This document shows, piece after piece, positions 9,158-18,666 of a stretch of 61,549 bases of DNA; positions within the stretch are counted from its first letter, which is position 1, and each line of letters starts with the position of its first letter. The translations under genes and the position numbers were made by a program. Below the pieces are notes generated by a model, which did no database searches, was not told where the DNA came from, and worked only from the letters and a program-made list of their open reading frames with translations. Source of the stretch: Actinomycetota bacterium (GTDB lineage Bacteria > Actinomycetota > Actinomycetes > S36-B12 > UBA5976); NCBI GenBank assembly GCA_041192345.1, contig JBEEND010000004.1:1-61549 (forward strand). Reading direction: 5' to 3'.

Positions 9158-10669
9158 ATGAAAGAGGCCCTGGTGTCCACCATCAAATCTCTAAACCCAA
9201 CAAATCTGAGCGACGTGGTTGTTGAAACCAAGTTGGCAACTGCTGATGACATCGCGGCTGCTGCGCGTCGCGCCAAGGCAGCTCAAAAGGCTTGGGCCAA
9301 GATGCCGGCTCCAGCACGTGGACGAGTTATTGCCAACGCTGGTCGGTTATTCGAGAACAATAAGGAAGCACTTTCCAAGCTGGTTACTCGCGAAATGGGC
9401 AAGGTCTACCGCGAAGCCCTCGGCGATGTGCAAGAAGTAATTGATACTTGTGATTTCTTCTTGGGTGAAGGTCGCCGCATGTATGGCCAAACTGTTCCAA
9501 GTGAAATGCCAAACAAGAATTTGTTTACTTTCCGGATGCCGGTTGGAACTGCGCTGATCATTACTGCAGGTAACTTCCCAGCAGCTGTGCCATCTTGGTA
9601 CATCATTCCTGCGCTACTTACAGGCAACTCAGTAGTTTGGAAGCCTTCCGAATTCACTCCTGCAGTTGCTGAAGCAATGACAGCAATTTTCCACGCTGCT
9701 GGAGTTCCAAAAGATGTCTTGATAACAGTTGTTGCAGAAGGTAAAGAAACTTTCGATGGCATGGTTAAAGGTCTAGATGAAGGCACCATCAACAAAGTTG
9801 GCTTTACTGGCTCAACTGAAGTTGGTCGATTAATCGGCGCGAAAGTCGGCGAATACATTCAAAGTGCGTGCCTGGAACTTGGCGGCAAAAATCCAATGGT
9901 GATCATGCCAGATGCTGATCTTGATTTAGCACTTGATGGCGCATTGTTTGCTGGCTTTGGTACGGCAGGTCAGCGTTGCACATCACTTGGCACACTTTGG
10001 ATTCACGATTCTATTTACGACAAATTCCTAAAAATGTATGCCGACAAAGTAGCTAGTTCTAAAGTTGGCGATCCAATGCAAGACGTACTTTTCGGTCCAA
10101 TGATCGGCGAGAAGTATGCCGAAACCCACGAACACAATCTGAAAATGATTCAGTCGCACCACAGCGTTCATGGCTCAACTGGAATGGGTCGAATCACGAA
10201 AGAGAATCCACGCGAAGGTTTCGTAGGAGATCCAGAAGCAGGTGTGTTTGTGCACCCAACAATCGTTGCTGGAATTAAAAAAGATGATGAACTTTATTAC
10301 ACCGAAACATTCGGACCATTGGTAACGGTAGGTCGCTTCAAAACATTAGAAGAAGCAATTGATCTTGGTAACGATCATGGCTTTGGTTTGTCTGCTGCGA
10401 TCTACACCAGTGATCCTAAAGCGGTTTGGACTTTCCGCGAAGGTATTTCTGCGGGCATGATCTCAATTAACAATTCGACATCAGGCGCCGAAGCTCACCT
10501 GCCATTTGGTGGTAACGGAAACAGCGGCAATGGCTCACGTCAGTCGGGCATTTGGGTTCTGGATCAGTTCACTCGCTGGCAATCACTGAACTGGGATTGG
10601 TCTGGCAAATTGCAAAAGGCTCAAATGGATAACGAAGAAGTGCCGCATAACCCTGATTTCAAGATTTAA
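9158..10669 (+). CDS. NAD(P)-dependent aldehyde dehydrogenase
   Basis: ORF 9128..10669 with possible starts at TTG 9128, ATG 9137 or ATG 9158. ELGGKNP and catalytic GQRCTS motifs are present. Confidence 0.88.
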   Translation: MKEALVSTIKSLNPTNLSDVVVETKLATADDIAAAARRAKAAQKAWAKMPAPARGRVIANAGRLFENNKEALSKLVTREMGKVYREALGDVQEVIDTCDFFLGEGRRMYGQTVPSEMPNKNLFTFRMPVGTALIITAGNFPAAVPSWYIIPALLTGNSVVWKPSEFTPAVAEAMTAIFHAAGVPKDVLITVVAEGKETFDGMVKGLDEGTINKVGFTGSTEVGRLIGAKVGEYIQSACLELGGKNPMVIMPDADLDLALDGALFAGFGTAGQRCTSLGTLWIHDSIYDKFLKMYADKVASSKVGDPMQDVLFGPMIGEKYAETHEHNLKMIQSHHSVHGSTGMGRITKENPREGFVGDPEAGVFVHPTIVAGIKKDDELYYTETFGPLVTVGRFKTLEEAIDLGNDHGFGLSAAIYTSDPKAVWTFREGISAGMISINNSTSGAEAHLPFGGNGNSGNGSRQSGIWVLDQFTRWQSLNWDWSGKLQKAQMDNEEVPHNPDFKI

Positions 10670-10681
10670 GGAATTGCTTCG

Positions 10682-11848
10682 ATGGTAAATCTTCCGCAAG
10701 AAGCAGATGTTGTTGTGATTGGCGGCGGCGTCATGGGCGCCTCCGCAGCATTCCATTTAGCTGAGGCTGGCGTAAGTGTTGTCCTGATTGAGAAGAATGA
10801 ACTCGCTAGTGGTTCAACTTCAAAAGCTGCTGGTGGCGTGCGGGCGAACTTCTCCGATGAACTAAACGTCGCAATGGGCGCTCGATCGTTAGATCTGTTG
10901 GCAGATTTTCCAAATCGACCAGGACAAGAAATTGATTTACATCGACCAGGATATTTATTCGCACTTTCCACCACCGAAGATGTGACTGCTTTTGAGGCAG
11001 CCACAAAAATACATCATAAGTTTGGTGTTGAGTCTCGAATGATCACTCCCCAAGAAGCAAAAGAATTAAACCCGCTATTAGAAATTGACGGAATTTTGGC
11101 AGCCTCATTTACGCCAAATGATGGTTACTGCACGCCAGAATCAGTGGTTCTTGGATATGCCTCAGGTGCTCGCAAACATGGCGCAGTAATCCTTACCCAA
11201 ACTGAGGCAACCGACATTTCGGTGGTCGATGGCAAAATCGTAAGCGTATCCACTTCCGCTGGAGTGATTAAAACTTCGACTGTAATTAACTGTGCCGGAG
11301 CATGGTCACCAACAATTGGCGCCATGGTTGGATTAGAAATTCCAGTTAAGCCATTGCGCCGTGAGCTTCTTATTACCGAGCCACTGACCGAAGACTTTGC
11401 TGATGTCCCTGACAACATGCCGATGACAATTGATTATTCGACTTCGCTGTACTGGCACCGAGAAGGCAACGCAATGTTGATGGGCTTCTCAGATAAGTCT
11501 GCCGAATACGGATTTGATTTAAAGCGGGATCCAAAGTTTCCGGAAAAAATTGGCGAACTTGCATATGAACGTGCGCCTCGCCTGCTCGAACTTGGCGCGG
11601 CAAGTGGATGGGCTGGCTTGTATGACGTAGCGCCAGATCACAATGCGATCATGGGCGAATGGGATGGCGTTTCCCGCTTCCTTTATGCAACTGGCTTCAG
11701 TGGACATGGCTTCCTGCAAGGACCAGCTATCGGCGAAATTTTGCGCGACATGTATTTGGGCAAAACACCATTTGTAGATATTTCCCCGTTTAGTAATGAT
11801 CGATTTTCTTCTGGCGGCGAACTTCGCCCTGAGAAAAACATCATCTAA
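10682..11848 (+). CDS. FAD-dependent oxidoreductase (DAO / sarcosine-oxidase-beta-like amine or amino-acid oxidase)
   Basis: N-terminal dinucleotide fold VVVIGGGVMGASAAFHLAEAG. 388 aa with DAO-family layout. Confidence 0.85.
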   Translation: MVNLPQEADVVVIGGGVMGASAAFHLAEAGVSVVLIEKNELASGSTSKAAGGVRANFSDELNVAMGARSLDLLADFPNRPGQEIDLHRPGYLFALSTTEDVTAFEAATKIHHKFGVESRMITPQEAKELNPLLEIDGILAASFTPNDGYCTPESVVLGYASGARKHGAVILTQTEATDISVVDGKIVSVSTSAGVIKTSTVINCAGAWSPTIGAMVGLEIPVKPLRRELLITEPLTEDFADVPDNMPMTIDYSTSLYWHREGNAMLMGFSDKSAEYGFDLKRDPKFPEKIGELAYERAPRLLELGAASGWAGLYDVAPDHNAIMGEWDGVSRFLYATGFSGHGFLQGPAIGEILRDMYLGKTPFVDISPFSNDRFSSGGELRPEKNII

Positions 11849-11853
11849 TTCCG

Positions 11854-12552
11854 ATGGCTACTTTGCGTCAATGGCTCACGCCAGCCAGAACAGTTCCCAT
11901 TACATCTTGGAGCTCAACTGGATCGATGTGGAAAGCGAAACCAAAAACTTTCTTCTACGTTATTCTTGGTAACTGGTGTTACGGCACGGGGGAAGCGATT
12001 CTCATCAAAGCCGACATTGGCCAATCACCGGGAACCGTTTTGGCGCAAGGAATTCAAAATTTGACTGGCCACTCCCTAGGTTGGACAAGTTTTTACATTT
12101 CAGTCGGCGTAATGTTTTTATGGCTTCCACTTAAAATTAAAATTGGAATTGGAACGGTTTTAAATATCATTCTTGTTTCTGTTGCAATTGATGTCATGAT
12201 GCCAGTTTTCCCAAGTCCTGATAGTTACGCACTTTCGATTGTGCAAGTAATCATTGGAATCCTCGTAATCGGTTTAGGAAGTGCGTTTTACATCCCTTGT
12301 TATTTGGGTGCTGGTCCGCGAGATGGGCTAATGACTGGACTAAACACCAGGACGGGAATCCCAATTGGACGTGTCAGATTTGCGATCGAAGCAACTCTCC
12401 TAGTAGCTGGTTGGCTATTGGGTGGATCTGTAGGTCTTGGTACTGTTTTGGTGACCGTGCTAATTGGTGAAGTGGTTGCACTTTTCTTTGGAATTGCCGG
12501 GCGATTAAGTAGGCCTGAAAATGGTTTTTCACCTAGCAAATCAAAAATTTAG
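11854..12552 (+). CDS. YczE/YitT-like integral membrane protein, paralog 1
   Basis: Polytopic hydrophobic protein with the GAGPRDGLMTGL motif. Confidence 0.65.
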   Translation: MATLRQWLTPARTVPITSWSSTGSMWKAKPKTFFYVILGNWCYGTGEAILIKADIGQSPGTVLAQGIQNLTGHSLGWTSFYISVGVMFLWLPLKIKIGIGTVLNIILVSVAIDVMMPVFPSPDSYALSIVQVIIGILVIGLGSAFYIPCYLGAGPRDGLMTGLNTRTGIPIGRVRFAIEATLLVAGWLLGGSVGLGTVLVTVLIGEVVALFFGIAGRLSRPENGFSPSKSKI

Positions 12553-12555
12553 AAT

Positions 12556-13236
12556 ATGTCAGCAATTGGCAAATGGTTACGGCCAGCGCTCAGCGTACCT
12601 AAAACATCTTGGTCGGCTGGGGAATCAAATTGGAAAGTTAGTCCAAAGACCTTAATTGTTTTGATAATTGGGCTTTGGCTATTTGGAGCAGGTGAGGCTG
12701 CTTTAGTAGCCGCTGGGATCGGACAATCCCCTTGGACAGTTTTGGCGGCAGGTGTCTCAGTCCAAGCAGGTATCTCAATTGGGTGGGCCTACTTGTGGGT
12801 TTCAGTCTTTGTTTTGTCGCTTTGGTTTCCACTACGGCAAAAACCAGGCCTTGGAACCTTTCTAAACATTGTCGTGATTGCTATTTCAATTCAAGTAATG
12901 ATTGAAATTTTTCCAAACCCGCAGCGATTCGATCAACAAGTGCTACAAGTACTTTTTGGAATTTTTTTAGTTGGTGCTGGTAGCGGCCTATATCTAACCT
13001 GCAATGTTGGACCAGGTACGCGCGATGGTTTGATGACAGGCTTAAATGCAAGAACTGGAATTCGAGTAGGTCGGGCTCGCACTTTTGTTGAAGTTTCTGC
13101 ATTGACAGTTGGTTGGCTGCTTGGTGGCGTTGTTGGACTTGGCACTTTGCTATTTGCGCTTTTAGTTGGGCAAGGTGTGGCACTTGCTTTTGGAATAGTT
13201 GAGCGCATTAGTCCGGAAGTAAAACCCCAGGATTAA
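12556..13236 (+). CDS. YczE/YitT-like integral membrane protein, paralog 2
   Basis: Collinear with the preceding gene at roughly 40-45% identity by eye. GPGTRDGLMTGL motif. Confidence 0.65.
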   Translation: MSAIGKWLRPALSVPKTSWSAGESNWKVSPKTLIVLIIGLWLFGAGEAALVAAGIGQSPWTVLAAGVSVQAGISIGWAYLWVSVFVLSLWFPLRQKPGLGTFLNIVVIAISIQVMIEIFPNPQRFDQQVLQVLFGIFLVGAGSGLYLTCNVGPGTRDGLMTGLNARTGIRVGRARTFVEVSALTVGWLLGGVVGLGTLLFALLVGQGVALAFGIVERISPEVKPQD

Positions 13237-14545
13237 ATAATTTTTCTGGATCAAAAACTTCTTTAATTTTTTGCATTAGTTCAATGTCAATAGTGTCCCG
13301 AGTAAGTCCTAAATATTCCCGCTTAGCTCGGCCGATTCCGTGTTCAGCGCTGATGCTGCCATGAAATTGTGCTACTAGTTCTAGCACCGATTTATCAATT
13401 TCATAATCATCCTGCGCTGGGCCGACAATCTCAATATGCAAATTTCCGTCTGCAAGGTGTCCAAACGAACCGTAGCTTGTGACTATTTCAAAATTGGAAA
13501 GCATCACACTTAACTTTGATTCAAAAGTACCAATCTGATCCACGGCAACGCTGACGTCAAGTTTGTGCACTTTGCCAACTGCAGTCCAACTATCACTCGC
13601 TGCTTCCCGATACTTCCAAAAGTTTTTCATTTCCCCAGAGTTGGAAGTGCCAAGGGCGCGTGGATCTACTTCTAATTGAATATTTGAGCCAGCAACTTCA
13701 ATGAACACTGTGACATTTGGCGGAACTGGCCACAGCGGTCGCAATTCTGAGTAACTCATAATTAGTTGCATTGATTTTGCATCCACATATTCAGCAGCAA
13801 GCAAGTTATGCCCAGCTTTTTGCACACTCAATAAAGTCTCGTATGCCAGCTGCACTGAATCGCAAGGTATTACAAACAAAGTTGATGACAATGTAGGGCG
13901 AATCAATTTCATCCGAACTGCAGTGATTATCCCTAAAGTTCCTTCAGCACCGACTGCTAGATCCGAAATTGGATATCCAGTGTTATCTTTCAGCGGACTA
14001 GTTAGATTACTAATTACTTGCCCATCAGCTAAAACCATTTCAATCCCAGCAACACTTTGCTTGGTCATGCCAAATGCACACACCCTGATCCCGCCAGCAT
14101 TAGTTGCGACTAAGCCACCAATGGTTGCACTTTCCCGGGATGCTAAATCAATTGGAAATTCCCAGCCGCGAGCCCGAACTGTGCTTTGAACCTGCGCAAC
14201 GCTTACCCCGGCGCCTACTGTGATGTGTCCCGTAACGACATCGAAATCAAGAATGGAGTTTAAGGAGGAGGTGGATATCAAACAAATTGGACGCAGCGAA
14301 TTCGGCGGCGGAACTGATCCGCCAACCAGTCCGGTGTTCCCGCCTTGAATTTGAATCGCAGCGCCAAATTTTTTGCACAAAAGTACAACTTCGGTGATTT
14401 GAGCAGCATTTTCCGGCCTAATTACAACATCTGCTTTTCCGTTAAATCGACCCGTCCAGTCGCTGGTGTAAGAAGCTATTAAATCTTCATCGGTTATGAC
14501 GCTGGGAATAACATTTGCCAAAGCTAGATTGAAGGCACTTGTCAT
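13208..14545 (-). CDS. FAD-linked oxidase (GlcD / D-lactate or D-2-hydroxyacid dehydrogenase family)
   Basis: ORF 13208..14626. ATG 14545 avoids overlap with the upstream EamA gene. PCMH-type FAD motif QGGNTGLVGGSVP. Confidence 0.85.
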   Translation of the reverse strand: MTSAFNLALANVIPSVITDEDLIASYTSDWTGRFNGKADVVIRPENAAQITEVVLLCKKFGAAIQIQGGNTGLVGGSVPPPNSLRPICLISTSSLNSILDFDVVTGHITVGAGVSVAQVQSTVRARGWEFPIDLASRESATIGGLVATNAGGIRVCAFGMTKQSVAGIEMVLADGQVISNLTSPLKDNTGYPISDLAVGAEGTLGIITAVRMKLIRPTLSSTLFVIPCDSVQLAYETLLSVQKAGHNLLAAEYVDAKSMQLIMSYSELRPLWPVPPNVTVFIEVAGSNIQLEVDPRALGTSNSGEMKNFWKYREAASDSWTAVGKVHKLDVSVAVDQIGTFESKLSVMLSNFEIVTSYGSFGHLADGNLHIEIVGPAQDDYEIDKSVLELVAQFHGSISAEHGIGRAKREYLGLTRDTIDIELMQKIKEVFDPEKLFNPGVLLPD

Positions 14546-14555
14546 AGAGATTAGT

Positions 14556-15536
14556 TTAAGTTGCGCTTTGATATTCGGGCAGCACTTCGTGTGGATTTTG
14601 CTGGCGAGCACGCTGGGATACCACAATCCCGACTAACATCACGGCGCCACCAATTAGTTGGATTGGCGAAAGAATTTCGCTCAGAACAAGCCACGCAAAT
14701 ATCGCTGCGATCGGTGGCTCTGTCATTCCCATAATGCTTGCGCCGGCTCCACCTATATGACGGATCGAATGAATTACTAAAACATATGGTACTAGTGTTC
14801 CGAGAATTACCATAGATGCGAAGAATGGCCAGATTGGATAAACGTCAGTACCACCGTCAAATGGCGTTACTTGGGCTTGCAGTGCTTCCCAAGGAAATCC
14901 GGTCCAAGGACGAAGAATCGCAAAGAACAAAGTGGCAAATCCAAATGCCCACATCAACAGTGAAACCGGATCGCGGCGCTGACTTGCCTTATCACCCAGG
15001 ATGTACATAACAATAAGAGTCATCATTGACATGACTGCAAAGATTACGCCAAGTCGATTCAAGGTAAAGCCGAGCCAAACTTGAGCAACAAGAGCTAGTC
15101 CAACAACCGCAAGACCAAGTCCCAGCCAAACAGTGTTTCTAACATTCTGCTTCATGACGAATCTGGCGTACAGAACGACGAAGATTGGTGCCATAAATTC
15201 AATTAACAAACTAATTGTGATTGGCATACGGGATATTGATTCATAGTAAAACCACTGACACATGGCGACACCAACAATGCCGTACCCAGCCAGCAGAAGT
15301 GCTTCTTTGGCATCAATCCGGAATGCTTTTCGATTGGTTATTGCAACAAATCCAAAAAGTAACAGCGCAGTCACGGTAGCTCGAAATTGTGAAACCCGAA
15401 TTGGGTCACCAATCTCTTGCAGGATAACTTTTGCGATAGTGCCGTTCAGAGCCCATGCGGTAGCCGCAATCAGATAGAGGGAGTAGCCCAACTTGGCATT
15501 CTTCTCATGGGCCTTTTTGTGCTTAGACATTGTCAA
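14556..15536 (-). CDS. EamA/DMT-family transporter
   Basis: 326 aa with about 10 TM segments and a duplicated EamA-like architecture. Confidence 0.8.
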   Translation of the reverse strand: MTMSKHKKAHEKNAKLGYSLYLIAATAWALNGTIAKVILQEIGDPIRVSQFRATVTALLLFGFVAITNRKAFRIDAKEALLLAGYGIVGVAMCQWFYYESISRMPITISLLIEFMAPIFVVLYARFVMKQNVRNTVWLGLGLAVVGLALVAQVWLGFTLNRLGVIFAVMSMMTLIVMYILGDKASQRRDPVSLLMWAFGFATLFFAILRPWTGFPWEALQAQVTPFDGGTDVYPIWPFFASMVILGTLVPYVLVIHSIRHIGGAGASIMGMTEPPIAAIFAWLVLSEILSPIQLIGGAVMLVGIVVSQRARQQNPHEVLPEYQSAT

Positions 15537-15665
15537 GAAAACCTGAAATTTAACTCTCTGAAGGGTGGTGGATTTGGAGGATTTGAACTAGTTATGACCA
15601 TAGCAGGTCGATTACCTTTGTTTTCAAGGAAAAACGGACCGCATTCACTCAAACTATCGATAAAT

Positions 15666-15687
15666 GTTTTCCGTACGTTCACCTTCT
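15666..15687 (+). promoter_or_regulatory. candidate PHO box (two 11-nt direct-repeat units) upstream of pstS
   Basis: GTTTTCCGTAC followed by GTTCACCTTCT, about 75-96 nt upstream of the pstS ATG. The core matches the actinobacterial PhoP unit GTTCACC. Confidence 0.4.
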
Positions 15688-15761
15688 AGAAAGTTTCAGT
15701 TTGCTTGCGGTGCGTACTTTGAAGATACCGAGAAAGTCTCCTACCGAAAGGAATAAGGCAA

Positions 15762-16715
15762 ATGCCTCGTTTTAACTTAAAAGTAGCAGCAGTGGTAATC
15801 CCTGCTGCACTACTTCTAGCCGCCTGTGGTGGCACAAATGCCGAATCGACCGATACGGCTGCTCCTGTCGCTTCAGCTGAAATTCGTGTTGATGGCTCCT
15901 CAACCGTTGCTCCACTAGCAGCAGCTGCTGGCGAATTATTCAAAGCTGAAAATCCAAACATTAACGTATCTGTTGGTACTTCAGGTACTGGTGGCGGATT
16001 TGCAAAATTCTGTGCAGGTGAAACAGATATTTCAAATGCCTCTCGTCAAATTAAAGATGAAGAAGCAGCAGAGTGCGCAGCAGCCGGAATCGAATTCACC
16101 GAAATAGTGGTCGCTAACGATGCGCTAACAGTTGTAGTGAACAAGGCAAATACCTGGGCAACTTGCCTAACAATTGAAGAGTTGAACAAAATGTGGGCTC
16201 CTGAGTCTGAAGGTACCGTTACTTCTTGGTCACAGATTCGCGCTGGATTCCCAGATGTTCCGCTTGATCTTTATGGCGCAGGTACTGATTCAGGTACGTT
16301 CGATTACTTCACAAAGGAAATCAACGGAGAAGAAGGTGCATCTCGTACTGACTACAACCCAACCGAAGATGACAACGTAACTGTTCAAGGTGTTGAAGGT
16401 GCAGAAGGCGCTATCGGTTATTTCGGACTTTCTTATTTTGAAGAAAATTCTGACAAGTTAACTGCCGTTGAAATTGATGGTGGGTCAGGTTGTGTCGCTC
16501 CAAATAGCGCAAATGCACAAGATGGAACATATGAACCATTAGGTCGTCCACTTTTCATCTATGCAAGTAAGACAGCGGCAGCAAAACCAGAAGTACTCTC
16601 ATTCTTAGAGTTCTTTGTTGCAAATGACGATGCAATCACGAAAAAGGCACTTTTCGTACCTTTGAGTGCAGATCAAAAGACGGCGGCGCAAGCAGCTGTG
16701 GCAGGACTGAAGTAA
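15762..16715 (+). CDS. pstS: phosphate ABC transporter substrate-binding lipoprotein
   Basis: Lipobox LLLAACGG and phosphate-binding motif [12 protein letters not shown]. Followed by pstCAB. Confidence 0.95.
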   Translation: MPRFNLKVAAVVIPAALLLAACGGTNAESTDTAAPVASAEIRVDGSSTVAPLAAAAGELFKAENPNINVSVGTSGTGGGFAKFCAGETDISNASRQIKDEEAAECAAAGIEFTEIVVANDALTVVVNKANTWATCLTIEELNKMWAPESEGTVTSWSQIRAGFPDVPLDLYGAGTDSGTFDYFTKEINGEEGASRTDYNPTEDDNVTVQGVEGAEGAIGYFGLSYFEENSDKLTAVEIDGGSGCVAPNSANAQDGTYEPLGRPLFIYASKTAAAKPEVLSFLEFFVANDDAITKKALFVPLSADQKTAAQAAVAGLK

Positions 16716-16735
16716 GTCACAGTCAGATCAGCAAT

Positions 16736-16776
16736 AAAACTGGCTCGGTTGGAGGATCTCTAACCGAGCCAGTTTT
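16736..16776 (+). terminator. intra-operon 15-bp perfect stem-loop between pstS and pstC (attenuator or mRNA stabiliser)
   Basis: Stem aaaactggctcggtt / aaccgagccagtttt with an 11-nt loop. Confidence 0.6.
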
Positions 16777-16835
16777 GCATCCAGTAGTCTAAAAGTGACC
16801 CTTTACCTTCGGTGAGAAAGTGAAAATTTACGGCG

Positions 16836-17771
16836 ATGAGTGAAGTAACTGGTTCGACTAACTTGCGAGAATTTTCCCTTGCAAGTTCATCGCCACGGGT
16901 AGGTGAACGAGCCATTCGTGGCACATTGTTTATTGCTGCGGCATTTTCAGTACTCATAACAGTCGGTATTGTTTGGTCGTTGTTAGTGCCAGCAATTGAA
17001 TTTTTTCGACAAGTTTCTGTTATGGAATTTTTGACAGGTACTCGCTGGGCACCACGATTCAAGCCAGCAACCTTTGGCGTGCTGCCATTAATTGTAGGAA
17101 CGCTTTGGACCACAGGAATCGCACTTTTAGTGGCAGTGCCGTTTGGTTTGGGTTCAGCTGTCTATCTTTCAGAATATGCCAGTGACAAAAATCGTCGGCG
17201 CCTAAAACCTATTGTTGAGTTGCTAGCTGGCATTCCAACTGTGGTGTACGGATTCTTTGCGATTGAATTTATAACGCGAGTAGTTTTCAAGGAATGGATG
17301 GGACTTACTGTTGGCACATTTAGTGTGTTGTCAGCTGGCCTAGTGATGGGCATCATGATCATTCCAACTGTTGCTTCGCTTTCCGAAGATGCGCTTTCTG
17401 CAGTACCACTTGCGATGCGGCAAGGATCTTTTGCACTGGGCGCAAATAAAATGCAGACGACTTTAAGAGTGGTGTTCCCAGCAGCATTTTCTGGTATCGC
17501 AGCCGCTGTGGTTCTTGGCATTTCGCGAGCAATTGGAGAAACTATGATCGTTGCCCTCGCAGCTGGAAATAAACCAAATATCTCGAGTAACCCTCTTGAA
17601 GGCGCTCAAACCATGACGGGCTTTATCGCTAATGCAGCGTTAGGTGATTCGCGAGTTGGATCCTTGGAATATGACACATTATTTGCGGTTGGCTTGCTAC
17701 TTTTCATCATTACGTTATTAATTAATTTCATTAGCATTCGACTAGTTCGTCGCTATCGAGAGGCTTATTAA
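16836..17771 (+). CDS. pstC: phosphate ABC transporter permease
   Basis: 311-aa polytopic permease in the position expected for PstC. Confidence 0.92.
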   Translation: MSEVTGSTNLREFSLASSSPRVGERAIRGTLFIAAAFSVLITVGIVWSLLVPAIEFFRQVSVMEFLTGTRWAPRFKPATFGVLPLIVGTLWTTGIALLVAVPFGLGSAVYLSEYASDKNRRRLKPIVELLAGIPTVVYGFFAIEFITRVVFKEWMGLTVGTFSVLSAGLVMGIMIIPTVASLSEDALSAVPLAMRQGSFALGANKMQTTLRVVFPAAFSGIAAAVVLGISRAIGETMIVALAAGNKPNISSNPLEGAQTMTGFIANAALGDSRVGSLEYDTLFAVGLLLFIITLLINFISIRLVRRYREAY

Positions 17772-18655
17772 TGAGTGTTTCAACACCTTGGACTATCGAG
17801 GGCAAGAATCATGAGCGAAATTTTAAATCGGTAATGTTTCTTGGGTTACTTTGGCTGAGTTTATTTGTTGCCTTCTTGTTCCTTTTAATTTTGCTCGTAA
17901 CCACAGCCATGAACGGCATGGGCAGATATGACTTGCGCTTGTTTACTGCATATAACAACACAACTCCTGCTGATGCTGGAGCTAGGGCCGCAATTCTTGG
18001 TTCGCTATTTGTGGTTACAGTTACGGCCCTGATGGCAATCCCCATGGGCATCGCAGCAGCAGTTTATTTAGAAGAGTTTGCTGATCGAACAAAGTGGTAC
18101 AACAATTTTATTGAATTAAATATTCAAAATTTAGCTGCCGTCCCTGCAATTATCTATGGCATGCTAACTCTTGGCGTACTAACAATCATGGGCCTAAAGA
18201 ACAAGAATGTTGTTATTGGTGGATCGATTGCGCTGGCACTGCTAATTTTGCCCGTTGTAATCTTGACCACTCGAGAAGCTCTTAGAGCAGTGCCACAAGA
18301 AATTCGGGATGGTTCATTGGCTCTAGGCGCCACTGAAGTTCAAACTGTAACAAAACAAACATTGCCTGCTGCAATCCCAGGAATTGCGACGGGAACAATT
18401 CTTGCGGTTTCCCGAGCAATCGGTGAAGCTGCGCCTTTATTGCTACTTGGCGCACTGGTATTCATCACTTATGATCCGAATGGATTATTAGCAGGGTTTA
18501 CTACAATGCCAATTCAGATTTTTGGTTGGACAAGTGCAGCTCAAGCTGAATTCAAGCAGATTGCTGCAGCAATGAGCATGGTACTTCTTATCATTCTGCT
18601 GGGTATGAACGGAATTGCTATTTACATTCGAAATAAGTTTGCGAAGCGCTGGTAG
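17771..18655 (+). CDS. pstA: phosphate ABC transporter permease
   Basis: 294-aa permease. Its ATG shares one base with the pstC stop. Confidence 0.92.
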   Translation: MSVSTPWTIEGKNHERNFKSVMFLGLLWLSLFVAFLFLLILLVTTAMNGMGRYDLRLFTAYNNTTPADAGARAAILGSLFVVTVTALMAIPMGIAAAVYLEEFADRTKWYNNFIELNIQNLAAVPAIIYGMLTLGVLTIMGLKNKNVVIGGSIALALLILPVVILTTREALRAVPQEIRDGSLALGATEVQTVTKQTLPAAIPGIATGTILAVSRAIGEAAPLLLLGALVFITYDPNGLLAGFTTMPIQIFGWTSAAQAEFKQIAAAMSMVLLIILLGMNGIAIYIRNKFAKRW

Positions 18656-18666
18656 GAGCGAAAAAA

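Noticed and set aside
7507-9276. N-terminal extensions in the ORF track. Examples are TPP to 9276, FAD-linked oxidase to 14626, ppk to 22610, ygfZ from 30111, FAH to 36360, GATase to 41997, ferredoxin to 44501, ppx from 55751, HAD to 60382 and the glutaredoxin-like gene from 60312.
   Set aside because: The extensions overlap neighbouring genes or lack homology-like sequence. Internal starts restore canonical N-termini, and several have better RBS spacing.
8714-9858. Long antisense or shadow ORFs, for example 8714..9115(+), 9406..9858(-), 25719..26249(+), 35132..35644(+), 37740..38168(+) and 40287..40694(-).
   Set aside because: Each lies fully inside a well-supported gene on the opposite strand. 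Their composition is low-complexity and Ser/Pro/Ala/Arg-rich, which is typical of antisense frames, and none has an RBS.
15566-15591. A 26-mer resembling a tRNA 3' end on the minus strand (CTAG-TTCAAAT-CCTCC-AAATCCA-CCA). With the tRNA-like gene at 7219-7291, it might mark the 7.5-15.5 kb cassette as a tRNA-integrated island.
   Set aside because: It shares no sequence identity with the 3' end of the tRNA-like gene. The order is also wrong for minus-oriented tRNA integration, where the full gene should sit at the high-coordinate end and the fragment at the low end. There is no integrase, and the 5' T-stem partner is missing. It may be chance or a very old relic.
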